Below, one piece after another: positions 39,630 through 48,857 of a stretch of 64,000 nucleotides of DNA. Every line of letters begins with the position of its first letter. Position 1 is the stretch's first letter. Source of the DNA: Acidimicrobiia bacterium (lineage in GTDB: Bacteria; Actinomycetota; Acidimicrobiia; Spongiisociales; ZC4RG35); assembly GCA_965215185.1 (NCBI GenBank), contig OZ244034.1:2656001-2720000 (forward strand). The letters are read 5' to 3'. A model generated the notes under the pieces. That model had not been told where the DNA came from. It ran no database searches and saw nothing but the letters and a program-made list of their open reading frames with translations. A program made the translations under genes and the position numbers.

Positions 39630-40781
39630 ATGGAAACCGGAATATTCTTGTTCGGAGCAGTGGAGATGGACGACGCGGGAGCGGGCCCTCCGCTTCCAAC
39701 CGACCGCCGCTACAACCAAAAGCAGATGTGGTACGCGGCGGAGCGGATGCTTGATATGGGGGTGGTGACCGAAAAGAGTGGCTTCGACATCTTCTGGTTG
39801 ACCGAGCATCACTTCCAGTACGAGGGATATGAAGTAATCCCCAATGCCGTGCTGTTCGGCGCCGTGCTGGCCGAGCGCACCGAGACTCTGCGGATCGGGG
39901 CACTGTTCAACATCGTGCCCCAATGGAACCCCCTGCGTTTCGCCGAGGATTTCGCCACGATGCACAACCTCTCGGGGGGGCGAGGAGTGCTGGGAGTGGG
40001 CCGGGGAACCGTGCCGCGGGAAGCGCAAACCCTCGGCTCCATGATCGGAAGCCACGACAATCCCGACAAGGCCGACGCCGATCGGATCAACCGGGAGATA
40101 TTCGACGAGACGATGGATGTGATCATGGCGGCCTTCGAGAACGAGACCTTCTCTCACCACGGGCGACATTTCCGGTATCCCCCGGCCGGCATTCCGGACC
40201 GAGGGGGAACCGTTCAGACCCTCACCCTGGTGCCTCGTCCCCTGTATCCTTTCGACACTTGGCAGGCCATCACCTCGCCCCCCACCTTGGAGTACGTGCC
40301 CAAGCGGGGCTGGGGAGGGGTGTTCTGGCTGAAGCACCACCACTTTACGGCCCTTTGGTGGGAAAAGTTCGCCGAACTCTACGACAACGCACAGGGAACG
40401 GCGCTTGAACCGGGCGAAAAGAGGATGCTGGTGCTGAACGTGCGGGTGGGGGACACCCACGAAAAGGCGTGGGAGACAACGCGGCCCGGCCACGATGAGT
40501 TCTGGAAGTTCCTGGGACCCTACGGGTGGAGCCGGGGCTACATGGGCGAAGATGGAAGGCCAACTCCGCCTGGGCTGATTCCCACCTTGGAGCAGTCGGT
40601 GGAGCAAAAGACCTGGATCATCGGTACCCCTGAGGAAGTGGCCGAAGGCGTCTCCTTTTACGCGGAAGCGCTGGGCGGCCTGGAGCACCTCACCTTCTTC
40701 CCACACCTGCCGGGAGACACCTACGACCAAGCCGCCGAACAAATCCAACGACTTGGAGAAGAGGTCCTTCCCCTTCTCTAA
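39630..40781 (+). CDS. LLM-class flavin-dependent oxidoreductase
   Basis: FWLTEHHF, NPLRFAEDFA..LSGGR..LGVGRG, IIGTPEEV. Confidence 0.9.
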   Translation: METGIFLFGAVEMDDAGAGPPLPTDRRYNQKQMWYAAERMLDMGVVTEKSGFDIFWLTEHHFQYEGYEVIPNAVLFGAVLAERTETLRIGALFNIVPQWNPLRFAEDFATMHNLSGGRGVLGVGRGTVPREAQTLGSMIGSHDNPDKADADRINREIFDETMDVIMAAFENETFSHHGRHFRYPPAGIPDRGGTVQTLTLVPRPLYPFDTWQAITSPPTLEYVPKRGWGGVFWLKHHHFTALWWEKFAELYDNAQGTALEPGEKRMLVLNVRVGDTHEKAWETTRPGHDEFWKFLGPYGWSRGYMGEDGRPTPPGLIPTLEQSVEQKTWIIGTPEEVAEGVSFYAEALGGLEHLTFFPHLPGDTYDQAAEQIQRLGEEVLPLL

Positions 40782-40828
40782 TCTTGGGTTCGATGAGAAT
40801 CAACCTTCCCGACTCTTGCCGTGAATAG

Positions 40829-41818
40829 ATGACTATCCCCGGCTCCAAGGCGCCCACTCCGGTGGTGGCCGTGGTGAGCTACACCGCTCGGGCGCCCTCC
40901 AAATTGGCGATGATTGGAGAGGAAGCCGAACTGCGGGCGGCTTGCACCCGAGAGCGTCTGGATGCAATCCTGCCCGAGGCCGACATCGTCTTGATCTGGA
41001 ACTACAAATCAGGCCTACTGACAGAGTCGTGGCATCTCGCCCGAAAAGTGAGTTGGGTGCATGTAGCGGCAGCAGGGGTGGATGGTCCTCTTTTCCCCGA
41101 ACTGGTGGAGAGCCCGGCGTTGCTCACCAACGCCGCCGGCGTGTTCGATCATCCCATGGCCGAGTGGACGCTGATGATGATTCTTGCTTATGTGAAAGAA
41201 CTCTTCGACAATGTCGAGTACCAGCGCCAGCGACATTGGGCTTACCGCGAGGTGGGAGTCCTGGAGGGTCAAAAGGTACTGATCATCGGCGCGGGTGGCA
41301 TCGGCCGGGACATCGCCAAAATCCTGGGATTGATGGGGATGGATATCCGGGGCGTGGCGCGCAGTCGCCGTGACGTAGACCCGGACTTCGGTAAGGTCCA
41401 CCCGGTGGCCGATCTGGATCGGTTGCTTCCCTGGGCCGACTTCGTAATCGCCGCTCTTCCTCTCACTCCCCAAACGCGGGGACTGTTGGGAGCAGAGCAG
41501 TTCTCCCTGATGAAGAGCTCGGCCCGGTTCATCAACGTAGGCCGAGGAGCGTCGGTGGATGAGCAGGCCATGATCTCAGCCTTGCAGGATGGAAAGATCG
41601 CCGGGGCGGCTCTGGATGTGTTCACCACCGAACCGCTGCCACCCGAGAGCCCTTTATGGGAGATGCCTAACGTTTATGTCTCGCCTCACATGTCGGGAAG
41701 CGGTTTCGAAGAGCGCCTTGCCGCCCAATTTCGGGACAACTTGCGCCGTTGGAAAGAAGGTCGCCCCCTCCTCAACGTAGTCGACAAACACCTCGGCTTC
41801 GTGCCCTACCGGGGCTAG
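40829..41818 (+). CDS. D-2-hydroxyacid dehydrogenase family protein
   Basis: AAGVD, GAGGIG, INVGRG, LDVF..EPLP, SPHMS. Confidence 0.92.
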   Translation: MTIPGSKAPTPVVAVVSYTARAPSKLAMIGEEAELRAACTRERLDAILPEADIVLIWNYKSGLLTESWHLARKVSWVHVAAAGVDGPLFPELVESPALLTNAAGVFDHPMAEWTLMMILAYVKELFDNVEYQRQRHWAYREVGVLEGQKVLIIGAGGIGRDIAKILGLMGMDIRGVARSRRDVDPDFGKVHPVADLDRLLPWADFVIAALPLTPQTRGLLGAEQFSLMKSSARFINVGRGASVDEQAMISALQDGKIAGAALDVFTTEPLPPESPLWEMPNVYVSPHMSGSGFEERLAAQFRDNLRRWKEGRPLLNVVDKHLGFVPYRG

Positions 41819-41974
41819 GGACTCTGGCCGGGGTTAGCCGGTCAGAACGAACCTCGTGGTACAACCCACTCTGTGAGTATTGGGGGGGCCTTGTAGAGGC
41901 TGCCAGGATTGGCGTCAGCGGTGGTGTCGTGACCCGGAGTTTCACCGTTTGGATCTGAGGTTGCAATTACCTGC

Positions 41975-42901
41975 TTAGAGGCTACGTCCGCCTTCGATGA
42001 CGATCACCTGTCCGGTGATGAAAGATGACTTATCCGAGCAGAGGAAAGCGATCAGGTCAGCGATCTCTTCAGGTTGGCCAGTTCTACGTAAAGGGGTGCT
42101 CTTGACCAGCATCTCCTTCACCTCGGGCGGCATGGATCGGGTCATGGCGGTTTCGGTAAGTCCCGGCGCCACGGCATTGCAACGAACCCTAGGCGCCAGT
42201 TCTCGGGCAACGCAGGCCCTGGTCATGCCCACAAGCCAAAAACCTCCCTTGGGACATGCCACGGTAATTCACCGTTTGGATCTGAGGAACGATGACGATC
42301 ACCTGTCCGGTGATGAAAGATGGCCGATCAGCTTCTCCAGATATGCGCGGGACGGAAAGGCTTACCACCGCCGATCCCTCTCCCAGATGCAACGAACCCT
42401 AGGCGCCAGTTCTCGGGCAAAGGCCCTGGTCATGCCCACCAAACCTCCCTTGGACATGCCGTAATTGAACTGGCCGAAGCTTCCCAGATATGCGCGGGAG
42501 GAAAGGCTTACCACCGCCGATCCCTCTCCCAGATAAGGGATCAGCCGCCGGGTCAATAGATACGAAGCTCCAAGATTCACACCGATCACCGACGCGAAGT
42601 CCTCGTCTGTCATTTTCACCAATCGGGCATCCCGGAGGATGCCGGCGTTATTGACTAGCGCCGCCACCTCTCCGCCTCGATTCACCACCGCCGCCGCAAC
42701 AGTTTCTCTGCCTTCGTTGGTGAAGAGGTCGGCCACCAATCCAGTTGCTGTATCCCCCCCGCCAAGGGTGGCGGCTGTCTCTTTGACCGTGGGATCAACA
42801 TCCACCATCAGGGTGTGATACCCGTCTTCGATAAGTCGCGCGGAAATCGCCCGTCCGATCCCTCGCCCGGCGCCGGTGACCACAGCCGTTGGCCTGGTCA
42901 T
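41975..42901 (-). pseudogene. FabG-like SDR interrupted by a 210-bp scrambled duplication (possibly assembly artefact)
   Basis: TGAGRGIG, NNAG, YGMSK in 5' part; NAVAPGLTETAM..ITGQ in 3' part; deleting 42178-42387 gives an intact 238-aa ORF. Confidence 0.8.
42178..42533. repeat. Imperfect tandem duplication of a 146-bp unit with embedded copies of nearby sequence
   Basis: 42178-42387 equals 42388-42533 plus insertions, including copies of 41941-41960 and 41995-42027. Confidence 0.9.
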
Positions 42902-43353
42902 GGGAGCGCCCTTGCCAAATGGGTCGAACCCAGGCGGATCAGCTCACCGGTGGTGCCTGGCCGGTCAAGGAGCCTGGCAATCCAATTGGCGACCACCTGC
43001 GGATCGGTGGATTCGTCAGTGGCCAGCACATTGACCGGTATGCCGGCCCGGACGGTCTCCTGCGCCAGATCACGGGCCGCTGACAAGATGCCGGTGGCCA
43101 CCATAGCTTTTCCTGCGCCCCGTCTACCCAATAGATCGGCGCTTTCTACCACATACACGACCGGCGCTCCCGCCCGTGCTGCTTCCCGAGAGAGCACGAA
43201 CGCCTCGGTCATCTCGTCGAGCACATCTTCCCATTTGTCGCCGAGGGCTTTATCGGCCCAGAACACCAAACCTTGGGCTGTAGTACCGGGTTCTACCCCT
43301 GCCTGGGCCAACCTCTGCTGCCACTCGCAAGGAACTCTCAGATAACTACGCAT
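42898..43353 (-). CDS. Hypothetical protein resembling a non-catalytic SDR-like module
   Basis: ARDLAQE..GIPVNVL..TGELIRLG; no Gly-rich loop or YxxxK; ATGA-coupled to the SDR. Confidence 0.65.
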   Translation of the reverse strand: MRSYLRVPCEWQQRLAQAGVEPGTTAQGLVFWADKALGDKWEDVLDEMTEAFVLSREAARAGAPVVYVVESADLLGRRGAGKAMVATGILSAARDLAQETVRAGIPVNVLATDESTDPQVVANWIARLLDRPGTTGELIRLGSTHLARALP

Positions 43354-43485
43354 GACGTCTAAAGCTACATACCTCGGGAATTCACATTCTGCGGATTTGT
43401 AGATCAGCCCCGGTCGCCCGTGTCTCTATGTTGGCGCAACTGGTGTGTTGGAAATCACCAGGCAAGGTCTAGAGTGGGGGCCAAG

Positions 43486-43929
43486 GTGTTTGGTGCGCGA
43501 ATTCTATTCCTGCTTTTTAGGTTGTTATTTCACATTGTGGCGCCGCCCACCACGGTCGGCCAGGACCAGGTGGGCACCTTAAAAAGGGGAGACTCCTCCC
43601 GTAGATCGGATGAGCTCGGCAGAGAAACTTCTGAAGGAGACACCGGGGGGCCGCCACGTTAGGGAGAAAACGACCGCCAAAGCAACTATGCGGGTGGCGA
43701 CGAAACTGGACACTTTGAAGGTGATGGCAATGATGAGCATGTGGGTGGCGCTTGCAGCAGCCAAAAGCGGGATCACCGGGGATTCAGCCAAGACGGTGTC
43801 CACCGAGAAACCGACAGTTATTACGGTCCAGATGGTTTTGACATTTACGGATACGATCAGGAGGGCTATGACCTGGAGGGATACGACTCTGAGGGATACA
43901 ACAGGCGAGGATCCCTTAGGCGCGCCTAA
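43486..43929 (+). pseudogene. GYDxx pentapeptide-repeat protein with in-frame TAG at 43660-43662
   Basis: ORFs 43420-43662 and 43741-43929 share a frame separated only by TAG; GFDIY-GYDQE-GYDLE-GYDSE-GYN. Confidence 0.5.
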
Positions 43930-43943
43930 ACGTGTTGAGAGAA

Positions 43944-45152
43944 TTACTGCGGCGGGTTCTCTCCGTCAACTGCGGCTCCCTCACGCACGAGTTTGCCAAT
44001 CTCCATTTGTGTGGCGCCCAGTTCGGCCAGCACCTCAGCGGTGTGTTCGCCCAGAGCCGGGGCGGGATTATCGGAGCGAACGGATTCGGAGTTCACCCGA
44101 AAAGGTGAACCGGTGTGCGTCCAGGAACCCAATCGCGGGTGGCTTTCCTCATAGAACATCTCCTGATGGAGCGCTTGGGGATCTTCCATGACTTCGGGTA
44201 GGGTGAGAACCTTCCCCACCGGCACTCCAACCGACCTGATCGCTTCCACCCAAGCATCCACATTCCTGGTCGCAAAGATCCCTCCCAACTCTTGCGCTAT
44301 TACTTCTCTGTGGGCCACACGGTCAGGGTTGGTCGGATAGCGATCCGTCAAATCGGGTCGGTCGATTACCTCGCAGAGTCTCCGAAAGTGGGCGTCCGCC
44401 ACTATCGCCACAGCTAGGAATCCCCCCTGGGCCTCAAAGAGTTGATTAGGGGCAGTGAAGGGAGAGGCGGTACCCAACCGGGGCGGTTGTCCTTCTTCAG
44501 CCACGGCGATGGCATTCCAAGTCGACTGAGCGGCGATCAACCCGTCTCGTAGAGACACCTCCACCTTCTTTCCCCTGCCGGTTCTGGCCCGTTCCACCAA
44601 AGCGGCGCAAATGAGGAAAGCGATGTTGGTTCCCGCCAGGAAATCTCCGATGGTGGTGGCAGTCTTTTGGGGCGGGTCGTCGGCGTGGCCGGCGATGGAG
44701 ACCATCCCGGACTCAGCCTGAAAGATCAGGTCGATTCCCGGTCGGGCGGCGTCGGGGCCTTCGGTTCCGAACGCCGAAACCACCGCGTAGACGAGTGCGG
44801 GGTTGGTCTTTCTCACATCGGATTCCCCCAGACCCATCCGCTCCATTGCCCCATGACGGAGATTGTGCAGCAGCACATCGGCGGTGCTGACCAGTTCGAC
44901 CAGCCATCGCCGGGCCTGAGGATGGCGGGGATGAAGCGCCACCGACCGCTTTCCCCGGTTCATGGCCAGGAAAAAGGCCGATTCCCCGGCTACGAAGGGA
45001 GGAAACGCCCGTGACAGGTCGCCGCTGGGCGGTTCCAATTTGATCACCTCTGCCCCCAGGTCGGCCAAGGCCATGCCTCCGTAAGGGGCGCCCACCAGGT
45101 TGCCCATCTCCACCACCCTGATCCCCGACAGGGGACCAGACGGGATGCTCAC
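43944..45152 (-). CDS. CaiB/BaiF family III CoA transferase
   Basis: GPLSGIRV, LADLGAEVIKLE, NRGKRS, IGDF, APALGEHT. Confidence 0.92.
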   Translation of the reverse strand: MSIPSGPLSGIRVVEMGNLVGAPYGGMALADLGAEVIKLEPPSGDLSRAFPPFVAGESAFFLAMNRGKRSVALHPRHPQARRWLVELVSTADVLLHNLRHGAMERMGLGESDVRKTNPALVYAVVSAFGTEGPDAARPGIDLIFQAESGMVSIAGHADDPPQKTATTIGDFLAGTNIAFLICAALVERARTGRGKKVEVSLRDGLIAAQSTWNAIAVAEEGQPPRLGTASPFTAPNQLFEAQGGFLAVAIVADAHFRRLCEVIDRPDLTDRYPTNPDRVAHREVIAQELGGIFATRNVDAWVEAIRSVGVPVGKVLTLPEVMEDPQALHQEMFYEESHPRLGSWTHTGSPFRVNSESVRSDNPAPALGEHTAEVLAELGATQMEIGKLVREGAAVDGENPPQ

Positions 45153-46357
45153 ACCCTTTCCACCACCAGAGAAATCCCTTGTCCTACCCCTATGCACATA
45201 GTGGCCAGTCCGTAGCGTGACCCCCGCCGGGCCAGTTCGTGAACCAGGGTGGTGAGGATACGGGCACCCGAGCAGCCCAGAGGATGACCCAAGGCGATGG
45301 CGCCCCCGTTTACGTTCACCCTGTCGGGGTCAATGCCCAACTCGTTTCGGCAGGCAACGGCTTGTGCGGCGAATGCCTCGTTTAGCTCCACCAGATCCAG
45401 ATCGTCAACGCCCAGGCCAGCTCGAGCCAAGGCCTTCTCAGTAGAGGGGACCGGTCCGATGCCCATCAGGTCGGGATGCACTCCGGCCACTCCCGAGGAG
45501 ACCAACCGGGCCATGGGGGTCAACCCGGCTCTTTCCAATCCGGCGGCGGTTGCCAGGATCAGCGCGGCGGCCCCGTCATTCATTGGTGAGGCGTTGCCGG
45601 CAGTTACCGTGCCGCCCTCTCTGAACACCGGGCGGAGTCGCCCTAGGGCTTCCATTGAAGTGTTGGTACGGGGACCCTCATCGGAAGTAATCAAGGCGAT
45701 GGTGCGCTTTTTGGGGCCCACCGGCGCTTCTATCGGAACGATCTCGTCGTCGAACCGTCCGGCCTGTTGGGCGGCCACGGCTCGCTGGTGGCTCGTCAAA
45801 GCAAAGCGATCCTGATCGGTGCGTGTAACCCCATACTTGGAGGCGACCTCCTCGGCGGTTTCACCCAGGGTGATGGGTGGATACATGGCCTGCATGCGAG
45901 GGTTAGTTAACCGCCATCCCAGAACGGTGTCCACCATCTGCGGCGCTCCCACCGCGTACCCGCGTTCGGGTTTGGTGACCACGAAAGGAGCGCGGCTCAT
46001 CGCCTCCGACCCGCCGGCGATCATTATCTCCCCCCATCCCGAAGCCAGACCCTGAGCGGCGGTGATGACCGCCTGCAAGCCCGACCCGCACAGGCGGTTG
46101 ACGGTCTGCCCGGTGATCTCGATTCCCAATCCGGCCAGTAGAGCGGCCATCCGGGCCACGTTACGGTTATCCTCCCCGGCCTGATTGGTGGCGCCCCACA
46201 CCACATCTTCGATGTCCATTGCGGTCAAGGTGGGGTTGCGTTCCATCAGGGCGCCTACTACATGGGCTGCCAAGTCGTCGGGTCGGACAGCCGCCAGTTG
46301 TCCTCCGATTCGCCCCATGGGGGTGCGGCACGCATCGGCGATGAAAACTTCAGTCAT
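45149..46357 (-). CDS. Thiolase (PcaF/PaaJ-like)
   Basis: QAGEDNRNVAR, NRLCGSG, NEAFA, GHPLG, MCIGVGQG. Confidence 0.93.
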   Translation of the reverse strand: MTEVFIADACRTPMGRIGGQLAAVRPDDLAAHVVGALMERNPTLTAMDIEDVVWGATNQAGEDNRNVARMAALLAGLGIEITGQTVNRLCGSGLQAVITAAQGLASGWGEIMIAGGSEAMSRAPFVVTKPERGYAVGAPQMVDTVLGWRLTNPRMQAMYPPITLGETAEEVASKYGVTRTDQDRFALTSHQRAVAAQQAGRFDDEIVPIEAPVGPKKRTIALITSDEGPRTNTSMEALGRLRPVFREGGTVTAGNASPMNDGAAALILATAAGLERAGLTPMARLVSSGVAGVHPDLMGIGPVPSTEKALARAGLGVDDLDLVELNEAFAAQAVACRNELGIDPDRVNVNGGAIALGHPLGCSGARILTTLVHELARRGSRYGLATMCIGVGQGISLVVERV

Positions 46358-46383
46358 TAGGGATGGCCTTTCCTGGATGTCTG

Positions 46384-46686
46384 CTATCCAAATGTATACG
46401 GTCGATTGGTCGAACCGGCGGCGGTTATGTGACGGGCGAGAATTCCTGCAAAATGCTGTGCCCAATCGGCGCCCTCCGGCCACTCCTTGTAGGCCTTCAC
46501 CAGCAAGTAGGTCAGTTCGCTTTTGGTGACTTCCCGGGGTAGAAATTCCTGGATGGGCTCCCAGAAGTATTCTGCATACCAGATGGGCCATTCGGGATCC
46601 CAACCTTCGATTTCCAAGAACGCCTGGTGGTGGGCCGGACCTGACCGGTTAATCAGGTCGATTAGTCGGGGGTCAGGAGATGACAC
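46384..46686 (-). CDS. Hypothetical protein
   Basis: Protein-like ORF (AHHQAF..G.DPEWPIWYAEY) co-oriented with and just upstream of the thiolase. Confidence 0.65.
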   Translation of the reverse strand: MSSPDPRLIDLINRSGPAHHQAFLEIEGWDPEWPIWYAEYFWEPIQEFLPREVTKSELTYLLVKAYKEWPEGADWAQHFAGILARHITAAGSTNRPYTFG

Positions 46687-46811
46687 GTTGTGAGCGCCTT
46701 TCTAGTTGGGGGCGACTTCTTGTTTGGCATTATGGTGGGAAAAGACCTACAGGCAACGCTCGGGAGCGTTTGGCTGATGGCAAGTCCCTTTATAAGCGAG
46801 GATACGCCGAT

Positions 46812-47867
46812 ATGAGCCCCAACAGCCGGTTGGCGGGTTTGGAATTAATGGACTTGACCTTCAGTTATCCGGATGCCTCCAAACCGGCCGTGAACGGGTT
46901 GGACCTGGTGGTTGAACCTGGTGAACTGGTTTGTCTGCTGGGTCCTTCCGGGTGCGGAAAGACCACCATCTTGAAGGCGATTGCCGGGTTGTTGACGCCT
47001 AACAGGGGAGACATCCGAATGAACGGCGAATCGCTGGTGGGCGTTCCAACGGAGAAACGCTCCATCGGAATGGTGTTTCAAAAGCCCCTGCTGTTTCCTC
47101 ATCTGAGTGTGGGCGCCAACGTAGCCTTCGGGCTGAGAATGCGTCGCCTCGACCCGGCGCTTATCAAGGCTCGGGTTGGGGAGATGCTGCGGCTGGTGCA
47201 ACTGGAAGGAATGGAAGACCGTCGGGTAACCGAGATTTCTGGGGGACAAAGCCAACGGGTGGCGTTGGCCAGGGCACTGATCATTGAACCAGGGTTGTGG
47301 CTACTGGACGAGCCCCTCAGTCAGTTGGACGCCAACCTGCGGGAAGAAATGCGCGAGTTGATCCGTTCCATCCAAAGACAACTGGGCGTAACCACCTTGT
47401 TTGTCACTCACGACCAGGAGGAGGCTGTGGTGCTGGCCGACCGAATTGGCCTGGTGCTGGAAGGCCGGCTTCAGCAAATCGGCCCCCCCACCCAACTCTT
47501 TGAAACCCCCGCCACGGTGGAGGTGGCCAGGTTCTTCGGTGGACACAACCAGGTCGAAGGGATGGTGGAGGAAGAACAGTTTCGTTGCGAGCTGGGGATC
47601 TTCAAGATCGGACGTCAGATCCCATCCGGGCCGGGGATAATGGTTATACGCCAAGAAGCTGTGGAACTGGGGGAGGGAGAGAATTCCTTCCTTGCCCGGG
47701 TGGAGGACGCCCGGTACCTGGGGACCCATCAGCAGGTCAACTTGTTGGCGGGGGAGCTCTCTTTGGCGATGCAAGCCTCTTCCCACCACCTTTTCAGCCC
47801 GGGTCAGACCGTGGAAGTGCGCCTCCCACCCGATCGAATCTGGGTTATCCCGTCCCGGGGCCTTTAG
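46812..47867 (+). CDS. ABC importer ATP-binding protein (PotA/FbpC-like, TOBE domain)
   Basis: GPSGCGKTT, ISGGQSQR, LLDEP, VTHDQEEA. Confidence 0.9.
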   Translation: MSPNSRLAGLELMDLTFSYPDASKPAVNGLDLVVEPGELVCLLGPSGCGKTTILKAIAGLLTPNRGDIRMNGESLVGVPTEKRSIGMVFQKPLLFPHLSVGANVAFGLRMRRLDPALIKARVGEMLRLVQLEGMEDRRVTEISGGQSQRVALARALIIEPGLWLLDEPLSQLDANLREEMRELIRSIQRQLGVTTLFVTHDQEEAVVLADRIGLVLEGRLQQIGPPTQLFETPATVEVARFFGGHNQVEGMVEEEQFRCELGIFKIGRQIPSGPGIMVIRQEAVELGEGENSFLARVEDARYLGTHQQVNLLAGELSLAMQASSHHLFSPGQTVEVRLPPDRIWVIPSRGL

Positions 47868-48043
47868 CTGAGGGCCCGACTCACCCGGCTCTGCGCTTGA
47901 GTCCCACACATGTGGACATCGGCCACTCCACAATCTGTACATGAGAGCTCTTTTGCGGCCAGCACCGAGGCAGGGGCGTGCCGGGTGGTGTAAGGGTTAT
48001 GCTTGAACGACAGGGTTTTCGTCCAAGAATCAAGGAGAAAATA

Positions 48044-48766
48044 ATGACCACCGACTGGAAAGATCTTTCCCTCCGGCTCACCGATCTGCTCGAACTGGAG
48101 CATGCCCCCATCGCCATTACGTTTTCGGAGGCGGGGGTGACCGCCGATAGTGAAATTGCGCCATTCGGAGGCCCGTTGTCAGCACCCACGCCCGACGGGC
48201 GATCAGGCGCGGTTCCGGCGCCCTGCGTTTTTTGGATGCAAGCCCACACCCGTACTTTCTCCACCTCCCCCGCCGATCACGGCAACTGCTCCGTGGGCGA
48301 ATACACCCACGGATTGGTGGAAGCGGCTGACATTTTGGAAAGAGAAGACGTGGGCGCCCTCCTAGAGGTTGGCTGGGTGACCATGGAGGCTTTTGCCGGA
48401 GTGGCGGCCTTGGAGCGCCGTCCCAAGTCCATCATCTACGGCCCCCTTTCCGACACGGGCCACGACCCTGATGTCGTACTCCTGAGACTGAGTCCTCGCC
48501 AAGCTATGGAACTGGGTGATGCGGTTTCATTGCATCTGAGCGGAAAACCGCAGTGTCAGATACTCCCCATCGCCATCGACCAGGGCAAGGTAGCCCTGTC
48601 CATGGGCTGCGCCCTCTCCCGGGCCCGCACCGGCATGGGCGACGATGAACTCACCTGCGCCATTCCCCCCGGACAGCTTTCGGAGATTGTGGGGAACCTG
48701 GAAGGCGTGGTGGGCGCCGACAAGCAGGTAGTGGGCTACGCTCAAGCCGACGCCGCTCGCTTCTGA
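48044..48766 (+). CDS. DUF169 family protein
   Basis: Conserved Cys pattern (PCVFW, NCSVG, KPQC, SMGC..SR), DDEL..IP; AAGGAG RBS. Confidence 0.8.
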   Translation: MTTDWKDLSLRLTDLLELEHAPIAITFSEAGVTADSEIAPFGGPLSAPTPDGRSGAVPAPCVFWMQAHTRTFSTSPADHGNCSVGEYTHGLVEAADILEREDVGALLEVGWVTMEAFAGVAALERRPKSIIYGPLSDTGHDPDVVLLRLSPRQAMELGDAVSLHLSGKPQCQILPIAIDQGKVALSMGCALSRARTGMGDDELTCAIPPGQLSEIVGNLEGVVGADKQVVGYAQADAARF

Positions 48767-48857
48767 ATACCTGACCGTTCCCCGTCAACAGACCCCGGGA
48801 ATGAGAAATAACGCAGGGCAATAGACCAAGCCGGGTGATTGGCCGGTTCTTGTGCCC

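Noticed and set aside
41941-42533. Diversity-generating retroelement template/variable repeat pair
   Set aside because: Differences are insertions rather than adenine substitutions, and there is no reverse transcriptase in the window.
43610-44191. 193-aa + strand ORF
   Set aside because: Alternative frame over the GYD-repeat ORF, running into the CoA transferase; no protein-like features.
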